In this document: piece after piece, positions 21,751 through 32,600 of the stretch
Position numbering within the stretch: position 1 is the stretch's first letter
How the letters are laid out: every line of letters begins with the position of its first letter
Source: an uncultured Spirochaetales bacterium
GTDB taxonomy: Bacteria > Desulfobacterota_D > UBA1144
DNA: 64,000 nucleotides
Assembly (NCBI GenBank): GCA_964440275.1
Contig: CAYTRR010000012.1
Span: forward strand, 8,146-72,145
Reading direction: 5' to 3'
The notes under the pieces: generated by a model
The model's input: the letters and a program-made list of their open reading frames with translations, nothing else
Told to the model about the DNA's origin: nothing
Databases searched by the model: none
Program-made: the position numbers and the translations under genes

Positions 21751-22695
21751 TTATATTATTTTAAGATTATCAATTAGATTACATAAATCCTTAACGTGAG
21801 AAGCAGAAGTATTTAATTCATTTTGCTCATCATCGGAAAGGCTAACTTCAACAATCTTTTCTACTCCTTTAGAGGACAAAATTACTGGTAACCCTAAAAA
21901 TTGATCTTTTATTCCATATTCACCATTAGCATATACGCAGGTTGGTAACAATTTGTTCTGGTCTTTTAAAATAGATTCTGCCATTTCGATAGCTGAAACT
22001 CCAGGTGCATAGAATGCACTTCCAGTTTTTAATAGCTTAACAATCTCAGCTCCTCCATCTCGAGTTCTCTGAATAATTTCATTTAATTTTTTGTTATCAA
22101 TAAGTTGTGATATTGGTACTCCTGAAACAGACGTATAATCCTTCAAAGGAACCATATCATCCCCATGTCCACCTAATACTAATGCATTAATATTAGAAGC
22201 AGCTATACCTAGCTCCATAGCAAGGAAAGCTTTAAATCTTGCTGTATCTAATACGCCAGCCATACCAAGGACTCTCTCTTTTGGTAAAGAGCTAACTTGG
22301 TAAGCAACATAGGTCATTGCATCTAGTGGGTTTGTTACGACTATCAATATCGTATTTGGTGAGTTTTTTACTACTTGTTCCGTAACTTCTTTTATAATCT
22401 TTGTGTTAGTACTAACTAAATCATCGCGACTCATTCCAGGCTTCCTTGGGAGGCCTGAAGTTATAATAACTAAATCTGAATTTTTAGTATCTGAATAATC
22501 ATTTGTACCTATAATTTTAGAAGAAGATCCGGAAACTGATAACATTTGAGTCAAATCCAGAGCTTTGCCTTGAGGTAGTCCTTCAACTATATCTAACAAC
22601 ACTACATCCGACAGATTAAGCTCTAGGGCTCTATATGCAGCCGATGCTCCAACGTTGCCTGCTCCAATGATAGATATCTTTGGAAGATTTGACAA
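21751..22695 (-). CDS. mdh: Malate dehydrogenase, LDH-like family
   Basis: ISIIGAGNVGASAA Rossmann motif; 314 aa; sits in the TCA gene run. Confidence 0.85.
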   Translation of the reverse strand: MSNLPKISIIGAGNVGASAAYRALELNLSDVVLLDIVEGLPQGKALDLTQMLSVSGSSSKIIGTNDYSDTKNSDLVIITSGLPRKPGMSRDDLVSTNTKIIKEVTEQVVKNSPNTILIVVTNPLDAMTYVAYQVSSLPKERVLGMAGVLDTARFKAFLAMELGIAASNINALVLGGHGDDMVPLKDYTSVSGVPISQLIDNKKLNEIIQRTRDGGAEIVKLLKTGSAFYAPGVSAIEMAESILKDQNKLLPTCVYANGEYGIKDQFLGLPVILSSKGVEKIVEVSLSDDEQNELNTSASHVKDLCNLIDNLKII

Positions 22696-22730
22696 TTGAT
22701 TAATATCCCCCGCTTAGTACATATAGTCTT

Positions 22731-23978
22731 TTAGACATTGTCCATATTTCTTATGATTGCGTCACCAAATTCAGAACACTTCAGAAGATTTGCTCCTTCT
22801 ATCTGTCTTTCTAAATCATATGTAACATCTTTATCAAGCACAGTCTTTTCCATGGCCTTTACGATTAAATTCCCTACATCTTTCCAACCAATATGGTCAA
22901 ACATCATTACTCCAGACAAGATAACGGAACCAGGATTGACTTTGTCTTGACCAGCATATTTTGGTGCAGTACCATGAGTAGCTTCAAATAATGCAATTTC
23001 ATCTCCAATATTAGCACCAGGAGCTAATCCAAGACCACCAACTTGTGCTGCACAAGCATCTGACATATAATCACCATTTAAATTAGGCAATGCTAATACG
23101 TCATATTCATTTGTTCTAGTAAGAATTTGTTGTAGCATGTTGTCGGCAATACGGTCTTTCATAACAATCATTCCTTCTGGAACTTTCCCATTATGTTTAT
23201 CCCACAAGTCATCTTCAGTTATTGTCTTATCACCAAACTCTTCTTTTGCTAATTCGTAACCCCAATCTTTAAAAGCTCCCTCCGTGAATTTCATTATGTT
23301 TCCTTTATGAACTAAAGTTACGCTTTCTCTATTGTTTTCAATGGCATATTGGACAGCCTTTCTAACAAGTCGTTTCGTTCCAAAAGCACTAATAGGTTTT
23401 ATACCAACGCCAGACAAATCTCTGACATTTGCACCTAATTTATCTTGAAGAAATTTAATTAATTCATTTGCTTCTTTTGTATTACTTTCGTATTCAACTC
23501 CTGAATATACATCTTCTGTATTTTCTCTAAATATAACCATGTCCATATTTTGTGGACTTCTAACAGGTGAAGGAGTTCCTTGTATCCATCTAACTGGTCT
23601 AACGCATGCATATAAATCCATTATCTGCCTTAAAGATACATTTAAACTTCTAATTCCACCGCCTACAGGAGTAGTTAGAGGGCCTTTTATTGAAATAAGA
23701 TATTCGCTAATAACATCAGTTGTTTCTTTCGGTAGCCATTCTTTAGTAATCTCTAAAGCTTTCTCTCCCGCATATACTTCAGCCCAAGATATCTTCTTTG
23801 AACCTTTGAAAGTTTTTTCAACTGCGGCATCAAAGACTCTCACTGATGCTCTCCATAAATCTGGACCTATTCCATCTCCTTCGATGAAAGTAATGATAGG
23901 ATTATCCGGAATATCATAAGTCCCATCTTTGTTTATGGTAATTTTAGCGCCGTCACTAGGTATTTTTACGTTTGACAT
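22731..23978 (-). CDS. icd: Isocitrate dehydrogenase (NADP-type, homodimeric)
   Basis: 415 aa; [21 protein letters not shown] and [10 protein letters not shown] motifs typical of Icd. Confidence 0.9.
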   Translation of the reverse strand: MSNVKIPSDGAKITINKDGTYDIPDNPIITFIEGDGIGPDLWRASVRVFDAAVEKTFKGSKKISWAEVYAGEKALEITKEWLPKETTDVISEYLISIKGPLTTPVGGGIRSLNVSLRQIMDLYACVRPVRWIQGTPSPVRSPQNMDMVIFRENTEDVYSGVEYESNTKEANELIKFLQDKLGANVRDLSGVGIKPISAFGTKRLVRKAVQYAIENNRESVTLVHKGNIMKFTEGAFKDWGYELAKEEFGDKTITEDDLWDKHNGKVPEGMIVMKDRIADNMLQQILTRTNEYDVLALPNLNGDYMSDACAAQVGGLGLAPGANIGDEIALFEATHGTAPKYAGQDKVNPGSVILSGVMMFDHIGWKDVGNLIVKAMEKTVLDKDVTYDLERQIEGANLLKCSEFGDAIIRNMDNV

Positions 23979-24041
23979 GTTACATTCTCCCTGAATTTAC
24001 TACAGAGAAAAATATAATAAATAAAAAGAAAAAATCAATTA

Positions 24042-26711
24042 TTAATTTGTTTTTTGCATTTGACGTAATACAGTCTGGAGTATCCCGCCATTATAAAAAT
24101 ATTCAACTTCTACTATAGAATCTAGCCTACAAACAAGTGTTATCTCTTTTGTTTGGTCGCCTTTCTTCATTTTTACCTGCAAATTAGTAAGTGGTTTTAA
24201 ATTGTCTGAGACACCAGATATTGTGAAAAATTCATCTCCCTTGATGTTATGAAATTCGGCATTTTCTCCATCTAAAAACTGCAACGGCAGAACTCCCATT
24301 CCTACTAAATTGCTTCTATGTATCCTTTCAAAACTTTCTGCAATTACAGCTTTTACACCCAAAAGCATAGTTCCTTTAGCAGCCCAATCTCTTGAACTTC
24401 CTGTTCCGTATTCCTTTCCTGCTATAACAATCAAAGGAGTGTTAGACTCTTTATAATTCATAGCAGCATCATATATAGATAATGTTTCACCTGTATCGAA
24501 GAATTTTGTGAAACCTCCTTCAACGTCATCTAAAAGTTTGTTTCTAATCCGAATGTTTGCAAAAGTTCCTCTCATCATAACTTCATGGTTACCTCTCCGA
24601 GAACCGTAGCTGTTGAAATTTTTCAATTCAACACCTCTATCAGTTAAATATCTTCCAGCAGGAGTTTCTTTTGTGAAAGAACCTGCGGGTGATATATGAT
24701 CAGTAGTTATAGAGTCTCCAAGGTAAGCCAATACTCTTGCATGGTTAATATCAGATACTTTTGGCAACTCATCCGAAAAATCATCAAAGAAACCTGGCTT
24801 CTGTATATAAGTAGATTCTTTGCTCCACTCATAAATTGATCCTTCTGGGATTGATATTGATTCCCATCTGTCATCACCAATAAAAATATTTTTATACCTA
24901 TTTGTAAAAGTGTCAGGCAAAATTGAATCGTAAACTGTATTTCTAATTTCATCATTTGATGGCCATATATCTTTCAAGTAAATACTTTTACCATCTGCAG
25001 AAATTCCAATCTTGTCGTTGTAGAAATCAATATCAATAGTTCCGGCCAACGCATAAGCTACTACTAAAGGTGGTGAACCAAGATAAGATAATCTTATAAG
25101 AGGATGGACTCTGCCTTCAAAATTTCTGTTTCCACTTGAAACAGCTGCAACATGCAACGAATTATTTACAATAGGTTCCTCTACTTCTGGAGGCAAAGGA
25201 CCACTATTTCCTATACAGGTTGTACAGCCAAATCCAACTGTTTTAAAACCTATATCAGAAAGACTTTCAAGTAAATCAGCATTCTCTAGATAATCAACAA
25301 CTACTTTTGAACCTGGAGCTAAACTAGTCTTGACATACGAAGGAACTTTTAACCCTAAATCATTAGCTTTCTTAGCAACTAACCCTGCTGTAATCATTAC
25401 ATAAGGATTTGAAGTGTTTGTACAACTTGTTATTGCTGCTAAAACTACTGATCCATTCTTTATTGACTCACTTGATTCTTTTATTTTAAATTCTTCTTCA
25501 TTGTTTAATTTTCTTGATTCAAGTTCATTATGTAAAGCATCCTTCATTTCTGATAATAAAATTCTATCCTGCGGTCTCTTTGGACCTGCTAATGCAGGTT
25601 GAACGGATTCAAGATTTAGGTATAAAGATTTGTAGTAATCAGGGTCTACGCTTGAAGAATCTCTGAAGCTATTTTGATTTTTGTAATAATTTTCTACTAA
25701 ATTTACTTCCTCTTTGGTTCTACCCGTTAGCTTTAGATAATTTAATGCCTCTTCGTCAACAGGGAAAAAGCCCATTGTAGCACCATACTCGGGAGCCATA
25801 TTGGCAATAGTTGCTCTGTCTGGTAGCGGCAAATTGTCCAAGCCTGGACCATAAAATTCCACAAATTTCCCTACTACTCCCTCTGTTCTTAACATCTCTG
25901 TAATGTTTAAAACTAAGTCAGTTGCTGTAACTCCTTCACATAAATTACCCTCTAATTTAAAACCAATTACATCTGGAATTAAAAAGTATAGCGGCTGTCC
26001 TAACATAGCTGCTTCTGCCTCTATTCCGCCAACTCCCCATCCAAGAACACTAATTCCATTAATCATGGTAGTGTGGGAGTCAGTTCCAACCAAAGTATCT
26101 GGAATACAAATCTCTTTGTCATTATGTCTAATCTTTTGAACTAATTTGGCTAAATATTCAAGATTAACTTGATGGACAATGCCATTACCTGGGGGGACAG
26201 CTCTGAAATTAGCAAAAGCTTCTTGAGCCCATCTTAAGAATGAATATCTTTCCTGATTTCTTTCAAATTCTAATTTTGTATTTAGATAAAGTGAATCTTT
26301 CTCTTTAAAATAATCCACTTGAACAGAATGATCAATTACTAAGTCAACTGGCACCAAAGGGTTAATAGAGGCAGTGTCTCCCCCTTTTTTGTTTACAATG
26401 TCTCTCATGGCGGCTAAATCAGCAACGCAAGGTACTCCAGTAAAATCTTGTAAAACGACCCTAGAGGGACTAAAAGGTATTTCAAATTTTTCTGTCTTAT
26501 TGAAAATAAATTTTTTAATTAATTCTTCGTCTATTATTTTGTTGTCATAGTTTCTAATAAGATTTTCTAAAAGGACTCTTAAAGAATAAGGCATAGACTG
26601 TAAATCAAAAGATAAATCTTCAGATAACTTTGGTAAAGAATAATAATTAAATTTTTTCTTTTGTCCTACAATGTTTGTGGTAATTAAATAATCGTTTTTA
26701 TTCATAAGCAA
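24042..26711 (-). CDS. acnA: Aconitate hydratase A
   Basis: 889 aa; Fe-S cysteine ligands and the SRR-type substrate region (GTGSSRDWAAKG) typical of AcnA/IRP-like aconitases. Confidence 0.95.
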   Translation of the reverse strand: MLMNKNDYLITTNIVGQKKKFNYYSLPKLSEDLSFDLQSMPYSLRVLLENLIRNYDNKIIDEELIKKFIFNKTEKFEIPFSPSRVVLQDFTGVPCVADLAAMRDIVNKKGGDTASINPLVPVDLVIDHSVQVDYFKEKDSLYLNTKLEFERNQERYSFLRWAQEAFANFRAVPPGNGIVHQVNLEYLAKLVQKIRHNDKEICIPDTLVGTDSHTTMINGISVLGWGVGGIEAEAAMLGQPLYFLIPDVIGFKLEGNLCEGVTATDLVLNITEMLRTEGVVGKFVEFYGPGLDNLPLPDRATIANMAPEYGATMGFFPVDEEALNYLKLTGRTKEEVNLVENYYKNQNSFRDSSSVDPDYYKSLYLNLESVQPALAGPKRPQDRILLSEMKDALHNELESRKLNNEEEFKIKESSESIKNGSVVLAAITSCTNTSNPYVMITAGLVAKKANDLGLKVPSYVKTSLAPGSKVVVDYLENADLLESLSDIGFKTVGFGCTTCIGNSGPLPPEVEEPIVNNSLHVAAVSSGNRNFEGRVHPLIRLSYLGSPPLVVAYALAGTIDIDFYNDKIGISADGKSIYLKDIWPSNDEIRNTVYDSILPDTFTNRYKNIFIGDDRWESISIPEGSIYEWSKESTYIQKPGFFDDFSDELPKVSDINHARVLAYLGDSITTDHISPAGSFTKETPAGRYLTDRGVELKNFNSYGSRRGNHEVMMRGTFANIRIRNKLLDDVEGGFTKFFDTGETLSIYDAAMNYKESNTPLIVIAGKEYGTGSSRDWAAKGTMLLGVKAVIAESFERIHRSNLVGMGVLPLQFLDGENAEFHNIKGDEFFTISGVSDNLKPLTNLQVKMKKGDQTKEITLVCRLDSIVEVEYFYNGGILQTVLRQMQKTN

Positions 26712-26714
26712 TCT

Positions 26715-27167
26715 TCACTCAATAAAATTAATTTTCTCTATTTGTTTTATTTTATCAAGTCTGGCTTCATGTCTTCCTGATTCAAAATCAGTTGTTAACC
26801 AAAGCTCAATAATATTCTTTGCAACATCTGATGTAATGTATTTCGCTCCTAGGGTAATAACATTAGAATTATTATGAGATCTGGACATTATTGCGACATT
26901 AACGTCATTTGCAACTACTGCGCGAATATTTGTATATTTGTTTGCAACTATATTCATTCCACAACCAGAAGCGCATATTAAAATTCCTCTTTGGAATTGA
27001 TCTTGAGAAACTCTTTTTGCTACCTCAGAAGCAGAATCAGGATAATCAAAAGACTCTTCAGAGTAAGTACCAAAGTCCTTATATTCATAATTTAACTTTT
27101 CCAAATACTCTTTTATCTCTTCTTTAAGGACAAAGCCCCTATGGTCAGAGCCAATAGCGATTTTCAT
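26715..27167 (-). CDS. rpiB: Ribose-5-phosphate isomerase B
   Basis: MKIAIGSDHRGF N-terminus; 150 aa RpiB/LacAB fold. Confidence 0.85.
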   Translation of the reverse strand: MKIAIGSDHRGFVLKEEIKEYLEKLNYEYKDFGTYSEESFDYPDSASEVAKRVSQDQFQRGILICASGCGMNIVANKYTNIRAVVANDVNVAIMSRSHNNSNVITLGAKYITSDVAKNIIELWLTTDFESGRHEARLDKIKQIEKINFIE

Positions 27168-27168
27168 T

Positions 27169-28404
27169 TTACTCCTCGAATTTTTTGAAAACTAAAGTGC
27201 AATTGGTTCCACCAAAACCAAAAGAATTACTTACAACAATATTTATATTTTTATCTATAGAAGAATGTGGTACATAATTAAGATCGCATCCTTCTTGTGG
27301 ATTATCTAAATTAATTGTTGGTGGGATAACTCCCTCATGTATTGCCATAGAACATATACCTGCTTCTATTCCACCAGCTGCACCCAAAAGGTGTCCTGTA
27401 ATTGATTTTGTAGAACTAATAAGTAGTTCTTTAGAATGAGAGTTAAAAACTTCCTTGATAGCATTTGTTTCATTTATATCATTTTGTTGTGTGGAAGTGC
27501 CGTGTGCATTAATATAATCTACTTCATCATAGTTAACTTTAGAATTTCTTAAAGCAGAATTCATGCAAATAACAGGTCCTTCGACTGAAGGAGAAGTAAT
27601 ATGATGAGCGTCTCCGCTCATGCCAGAACTAAGCAATTCAGCATAAATTGTAGCCCCTCTCTTTTTTGCATGATTTAATTCTTCAAGAATAACTAACCCT
27701 GAGCCTTCAGACATTACGAAACCATCTCTATCAGCATCAAAAGGTCTAGAAGCAGCTTTTGGATTATCATTTCTAGTAGATATTGCTCTCATTACATTGA
27801 AACCTGAAATCGCAACATGGACTAATGGGGCTTCTGCTCCTCCTGCAACCATAGCGACTGCGTCGCCTCTTTCTATCATCATCGCAGCATAAGCAATGGC
27901 GTGAGCTCCTGCTGCACAAGCAGTTGCTGTAGCACAATTTGGTCCTTTTAAATTATTAAAGATAGATACATACCCTGCTGCCATATTTGGTACCATCGAA
28001 GGAACAAAGAATGGGGAAACCCTTGAAGGTCCTCTATCTTTGTAAACAATAACGTTGTCTACGAAGGTTTGTATACCACCTATGCCAGATCCAATATAGG
28101 AACCCACGAGGTGAGAATTTTTTTCAGTTATTTCCAGGCCTGAATCTTTAAGAGCCATAGAAGCTGCTGCTGCAGCGTAACAAATAAAAACATCGCTTCT
28201 TCTTGCTTCTTTCGGATCCATAAAGTCCTCTGCATTAAAATTAGAAGGGACTTCTCCTCCAAATTGAGTTTTTAAATCAGAGGCATCAATTCTTTTTAGA
28301 TAATCAATCCCAGATATACCTTCTTTAACTTTAGGCCAAACTTCGTCCTTCCCAATACCTAGAGAGGACAACATACCTATACCTGTTACTACAACTCTGT
28401 TCAT
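27169..28404 (-). CDS. fabF: 3-oxoacyl-ACP synthase II
   Basis: MNRVVVTGIGMLSSLG; active-site Cys context (ATACAAGAHA); His-His catalytic residues; 411 aa. Confidence 0.9.
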   Translation of the reverse strand: MNRVVVTGIGMLSSLGIGKDEVWPKVKEGISGIDYLKRIDASDLKTQFGGEVPSNFNAEDFMDPKEARRSDVFICYAAAAASMALKDSGLEITEKNSHLVGSYIGSGIGGIQTFVDNVIVYKDRGPSRVSPFFVPSMVPNMAAGYVSIFNNLKGPNCATATACAAGAHAIAYAAMMIERGDAVAMVAGGAEAPLVHVAISGFNVMRAISTRNDNPKAASRPFDADRDGFVMSEGSGLVILEELNHAKKRGATIYAELLSSGMSGDAHHITSPSVEGPVICMNSALRNSKVNYDEVDYINAHGTSTQQNDINETNAIKEVFNSHSKELLISSTKSITGHLLGAAGGIEAGICSMAIHEGVIPPTINLDNPQEGCDLNYVPHSSIDKNINIVVSNSFGFGGTNCTLVFKKFEE

Positions 28405-28408
28405 TATA

Positions 28409-28648
28409 TTATTTCTTATTTTTTACTATGTAATTAATGGCATCACTTACTTTTAATATTTTTTCAGCATCTTCATCAGCTATTTCAACACCGAATTCAT
28501 CTTCCATGCTCATAATAAGTTCAACTAAATCTAATGAGTCAGCGCCTAAATCCTCAATAAATTGGGAATCAAGAGTGATCTCACTTTCGTTCTTTCCTAA
28601 CTGAGATGCAATCATTGAGATTACCTGTTGTTGTATTTCTTCTGACAT
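28409..28648 (-). CDS. acpP: Acyl carrier protein
   Basis: [21 protein letters not shown] phosphopantetheine site. Confidence 0.9.
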   Translation of the reverse strand: MSEEIQQQVISMIASQLGKNESEITLDSQFIEDLGADSLDLVELIMSMEDEFGVEIADEDAEKILKVSDAINYIVKNKK

Positions 28649-28659
28649 AAATGTCCTCC

Positions 28660-29400
28660 TTAGGTGTAAAGACCACCATTAATCTTCAAAATCTCTCCAG
28701 TTATATATGATGAATCATCTGAAGCTAAAAACAATACAGCTTTTGCAACATCTTCGGGAATCCCAAATCTTGAGAGTGGTATTATTTCTTTGTATTTTTC
28801 TTTAACTGAATCTGGTAAAACGTCAGTTATGTCTGTTTCGATAAATCCCGGACTAATAGCATTAACGTTTATATTTTTAGAACCTAACTCTTTTGCTAAA
28901 GACTTAGTGAATCCCATTATGGCTGACTTCGTTGATGAGTAGTTAGCTTGTCCTGGGTTTCCCATCTCTCCAACTACTGATGTTATATTAATTATTTTTC
29001 CATATTGATTTTTAACCATTGATCGTACTACGTTTTTTGTGCAATTGAAAACTCCTTTAGTGTTGACTTCAAAAACTTCATCCCATTGCTGTTCTTTCAT
29101 TCTCATAAACAATGAGTCTCTTGTAATTCCTGCATTGTTAACCAAAATATCGATCTTTTCATATTTTTCTAAAATATATTTGATTTTCTCTTCCACGACT
29201 ATGGTATCTGAAACATTAAACTGAAGTATCTCCCCAGTTCCTCCTGATTCCTCAACAATGTTCAGTACTTCTTTTGCGGAGCTTTCAGAATTTGCATAAT
29301 TTATAATAACAATCGCTCCTGCTTTTGCTAGTTCTATAGATACTGATTTACCTATACCTCTAGAACCACCTGTAATTAACGCGACTTTACCATTTAGCAT
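28660..29400 (-). CDS. fabG: 3-oxoacyl-ACP reductase
   Basis: SDR motifs TGGSRGIGK and NNAG; YxxxK; 246 aa. Confidence 0.9.
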   Translation of the reverse strand: MLNGKVALITGGSRGIGKSVSIELAKAGAIVIINYANSESSAKEVLNIVEESGGTGEILQFNVSDTIVVEEKIKYILEKYEKIDILVNNAGITRDSLFMRMKEQQWDEVFEVNTKGVFNCTKNVVRSMVKNQYGKIINITSVVGEMGNPGQANYSSTKSAIMGFTKSLAKELGSKNINVNAISPGFIETDITDVLPDSVKEKYKEIIPLSRFGIPEDVAKAVLFLASDDSSYITGEILKINGGLYT

Positions 29401-29402
29401 AT

Positions 29403-30317
29403 TTATATTTTATCCAAATCAGCTTTTTCACCAAAATTTGAAACCTGGCAATCTGGAACTATTCTTTTAATTAAACCTGATAAAACATTTTTTGGTCCAA
29501 CCTCTAAAAATGATTTAACACCCAGATTTTTGTTTAAATAATTTACTGATTGATGCCAGAGGACTGGACTAACTAATTGATCAAGAAGAAGGTCTTTAAT
29601 CTTTTCTTTGTCATCCATAGTTTTCGCATTGAAATTAGAAACCATTGGTATTTTGAAATCTAAAAAATTAATTGAATCCAATACAACTTGCATTTTGTCG
29701 ACAGCTGACTTCATCAATTGTGAATGAAAAGGAGCGCTAATATCGAGCAGTACAACTCTTTTTGCACCGGCTTTTTTTGCTAAGTCGGCAGCCTTTTCAA
29801 CTGCCATCTTGACCCCTGATATTACAACTTGACCTATACTGTTATAATTTGCAGGAGCAACATAAGAATCGTTATCTGAAGCTTCCTTGCAAATTTGATT
29901 TACTTGTTCATCTGGCAAACCTAAAACAGCTGCCATGCCACCCACTCCAAGAGGAACAGCTTGTTGAGTGTATTCACCTCTTTTTCGAACAGCCCAAATG
30001 GCATCCTCAAAATCAAGCGACCCGGAAGCTACTAAAGCTGAATACTCGCCAAGGCTATGCCCTGCTACAAAACAAGGTTGAACATCTTTCAATGAAGTTA
30101 AGACTCTATGTGCTGCAGTACTTACAGTAAGAATTGCTGGTTGAGCATTTACTGTTAAATGAACATCCTCGCTTTCGAAACATAATTTTTTCATATCAAT
30201 TCCCAATCGCTCACTCGCTTGAGCAAAAGTTAATCTAGCTTCTTCAAAATTTTCATATAAATCTTTCCCCATGCCAACGTATTGGGAACCTTGTCCGGGA
30301 AAAACTAGAGCTAACAT
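29403..30317 (-). CDS. fabD: Malonyl-CoA:ACP transacylase
   Basis: FPGQGSQYVGMG and GHSLGEYSALV motifs. Confidence 0.9.
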   Translation of the reverse strand: MLALVFPGQGSQYVGMGKDLYENFEEARLTFAQASERLGIDMKKLCFESEDVHLTVNAQPAILTVSTAAHRVLTSLKDVQPCFVAGHSLGEYSALVASGSLDFEDAIWAVRKRGEYTQQAVPLGVGGMAAVLGLPDEQVNQICKEASDNDSYVAPANYNSIGQVVISGVKMAVEKAADLAKKAGAKRVVLLDISAPFHSQLMKSAVDKMQVVLDSINFLDFKIPMVSNFNAKTMDDKEKIKDLLLDQLVSPVLWHQSVNYLNKNLGVKSFLEVGPKNVLSGLIKRIVPDCQVSNFGEKADLDKI

Positions 30318-30342
30318 TTTAATACACCTTGTTTTAACATAA

Positions 30343-30507
30343 TTTCAGAAAATTAATTCTTTCTCGAAGCTTGGTATTCCTCTATAGTTCTGTATCTATG
30401 AGAAATCTTAATTTCTCCAGTTTTTTTATCTTTAGATAATCCACTTAAAACTATTTTTTGGTGGTTCCTTCTCTTTCCAATCTTAGATTTTGATGTTTTT
30501 CTTTTTG
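30343..30507 (-). CDS. rpmF: 50S ribosomal protein L32 (coordinates approximate, +/-3 nt; not in ORF track because short)
   Basis: Reverse-complement translation MATPKRKTSKSKIGKRRNHQKIVLSGLSKDKKTGEIKISHRY... is typical of L32. Confidence 0.75.
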
Positions 30508-30556
30508 GTGTTGCCATAATAGTATCCTTATAAAATGGTATTATAGGTCAATATAA

Positions 30557-32071
30557 TCATTTTACAACTTGCAATAACCTTTTTGTCTCATCATGTTGAG
30601 GATTCTTAAAAACCTCTATTGTTGAGCCTTTTTCCACTATAGAGCCATTTGAAAGAACAAAGACTTTGTCGCACAAATCTTGTATTAATCTAAAATCATG
30701 AGTGATGAACAACATTGTAAGATTGTTATTTTTTATTAAATTTTTTATTATTCTAATTATTTCTAGTTGAGATTTTAAATCTAATGATGACATAGGCTCA
30801 TCAAAGACAATAAATTCTGGATTAGACAAGACTGCTCTTAAAATCAATATTTTTTGTCTTTGGCCTCCACTTAGGTTAGATGCATTTTTATCTAGAATGT
30901 CTTCGTTTAGACCAACTTTTAACAAACTATCATTAATTTTGTTTATTTTTTCAGTAGTTGAATGCTCTTTGTCATTCCAAAAAGAATCTAAAAGTATATT
31001 CTTAATTCGCTTTTTAGGGTTAAGAGAGCCAAACAAATCTTGAAAAACTATTTGAACTTTTTTTGCATAATCTTTTCTTGTAATCAAGTCTACAGTCTCA
31101 CCTTCGAAAAGAACTTGTCCTTTGTTGGGTAATAATAATTTTGTAATTAATTTTGATATGGTACTTTTTCCAGAACCACTAAGTCCTATTAGTCCGACTG
31201 CTTCACCGCGATTAATAGATAAATTTAATTCTTGCAAGACCCAGTGTTTAGTTGTTTCAAACTTAAAAAATAATTTACTTAGTTGAATAAGCTCGACTTT
31301 TGGTTTTGGATTTCTTTTCGACATAGATTGATTATCTTTTTCTATTGAAAGTTTATTTTTTTCATGCAACTTGTTAATTTGAAAAACATTATCAAGTTTG
31401 CTTAATAGACTATCTTTAATTTGGTAGCATTCGTCACAGTAATTAGAGACTATCCTCGGGTCATGTGTAATAATTAGTATTGTAAGTTCTCTATCTTTTG
31501 AAATCTGAGCCAATAAATCTAATATAAGTTTTTCGTTTACCGCATCGAGTGAAGATGTGGCTTCATCAGCTATTATCATTTCTGGATTATTTTCCAAAGA
31601 AAGTGCTATCAGTACTCGTTGAGCCATACCACCGCTGAGTTCATGAGGATATTTTTTTAGCAATTCATCAATTTTATCAAATCCAACCTCATCTAATAAT
31701 CGTTTTGCGTAATCTTTTATATCTAAATTTTTATCAATTATTTTTAAATTTATTTCAAAATGTTGAAATATTGTTAGTACCGGATTCAATGATGATAAAG
31801 GTTCCTGGGGAATATACGAGATATTCCTCTCATGCCGATCATCAACTTCATTTCCCTTGTATTTAAAAATTTTATATTCTTTTTTTGCATTATATATAAA
31901 CTCTTTTCCCATTATAGCGTATGCAAAAAGTGATTTCCCTGTTCCACTTTGACCCACAATGGAAACAACTTTTCCCTTTTCTATAGTAAAATCTGAGTCT
32001 TTTAATAAAACTTCACTGTTGTTGTTTTTAGAAGTTATTTTAATAGATTTAATTTCCAATAAATTAGTCAT
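30557..32071 (-). CDS. ABC transporter ATP-binding protein with two fused nucleotide-binding domains (DppD/DppF-like), no adjacent permease
   Basis: Two Walker A sites (GQSGTGKS, GLSGSGKS) and two LSGG signatures; 504 aa. Confidence 0.8.
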   Translation of the reverse strand: MTNLLEIKSIKITSKNNNSEVLLKDSDFTIEKGKVVSIVGQSGTGKSLFAYAIMGKEFIYNAKKEYKIFKYKGNEVDDRHERNISYIPQEPLSSLNPVLTIFQHFEINLKIIDKNLDIKDYAKRLLDEVGFDKIDELLKKYPHELSGGMAQRVLIALSLENNPEMIIADEATSSLDAVNEKLILDLLAQISKDRELTILIITHDPRIVSNYCDECYQIKDSLLSKLDNVFQINKLHEKNKLSIEKDNQSMSKRNPKPKVELIQLSKLFFKFETTKHWVLQELNLSINRGEAVGLIGLSGSGKSTISKLITKLLLPNKGQVLFEGETVDLITRKDYAKKVQIVFQDLFGSLNPKKRIKNILLDSFWNDKEHSTTEKINKINDSLLKVGLNEDILDKNASNLSGGQRQKILILRAVLSNPEFIVFDEPMSSLDLKSQLEIIRIIKNLIKNNNLTMLFITHDFRLIQDLCDKVFVLSNGSIVEKGSTIEVFKNPQHDETKRLLQVVK

Positions 32072-32126
32072 ATATATTCTAAATCTTAGTTTATTTCCAG
32101 CTAATATAAAAGTGTATAATTGTTAT

Positions 32127-32600
32127 ATGGAAAATTTATTTAAGAATTTGCTAACAGCAGCATTTGTTATTGTAATAGGATCAACATTAATTTTCTTCTA
32201 CTTCAATCATTTAGAGTCAGTTGAGAATGAAATAAATTTGAGCTCAAATAAATTAATCAACAGTGAAAGCTATAAAGATAAAAATAAAGTCAGTTCTTAT
32301 ATGAATAATTTTAAAGATATCAAATCCAGTAGTTCGTCCTATTTAATACCTTTACTTTCTTCAAATTACTTTCTTGAAAACAATGAACCTGAGATGGCTC
32401 TAAAAGTTTTAGACAAAATACCAGAATCTGATTCGAAACTAATCAATGATTTAATATTTTCTTTACAGAGTAGAATTTATGCGGAAATCAATATGTGCGA
32501 TAAATCCATAAATCGATTTGAAAAAATTGATTCATATAATTCTATTGCTTCAGATACCAGAACATATATTGGGAAATGTCTCAGGGAGTCAGTGAAATGA
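32127..32600 (+). CDS. Hypothetical membrane-anchored protein (N-terminal TM helix, helical repeat-like C-terminus); tracked ORF 31959..32600 probably starts at the Met at 32127
   Basis: The tracked ORF's N-terminus overlaps the ABC gene on the other strand. A Met at 32127 is preceded by a TATAAT-like box at 32112-32117. Confidence 0.4.
   Translation: MENLFKNLLTAAFVIVIGSTLIFFYFNHLESVENEINLSSNKLINSESYKDKNKVSSYMNNFKDIKSSSSSYLIPLLSSNYFLENNEPEMALKVLDKIPESDSKLINDLIFSLQSRIYAEINMCDKSINRFEKIDSYNSIASDTRTYIGKCLRESVK

Noticed and set aside
31959-32126. N-terminal 56 codons of the tracked 213-aa plus-strand ORF
   Set aside because: This part overlaps the ABC ATPase gene on the opposite strand. The likely real start is the Met at 32127, preceded by a -10-like box.
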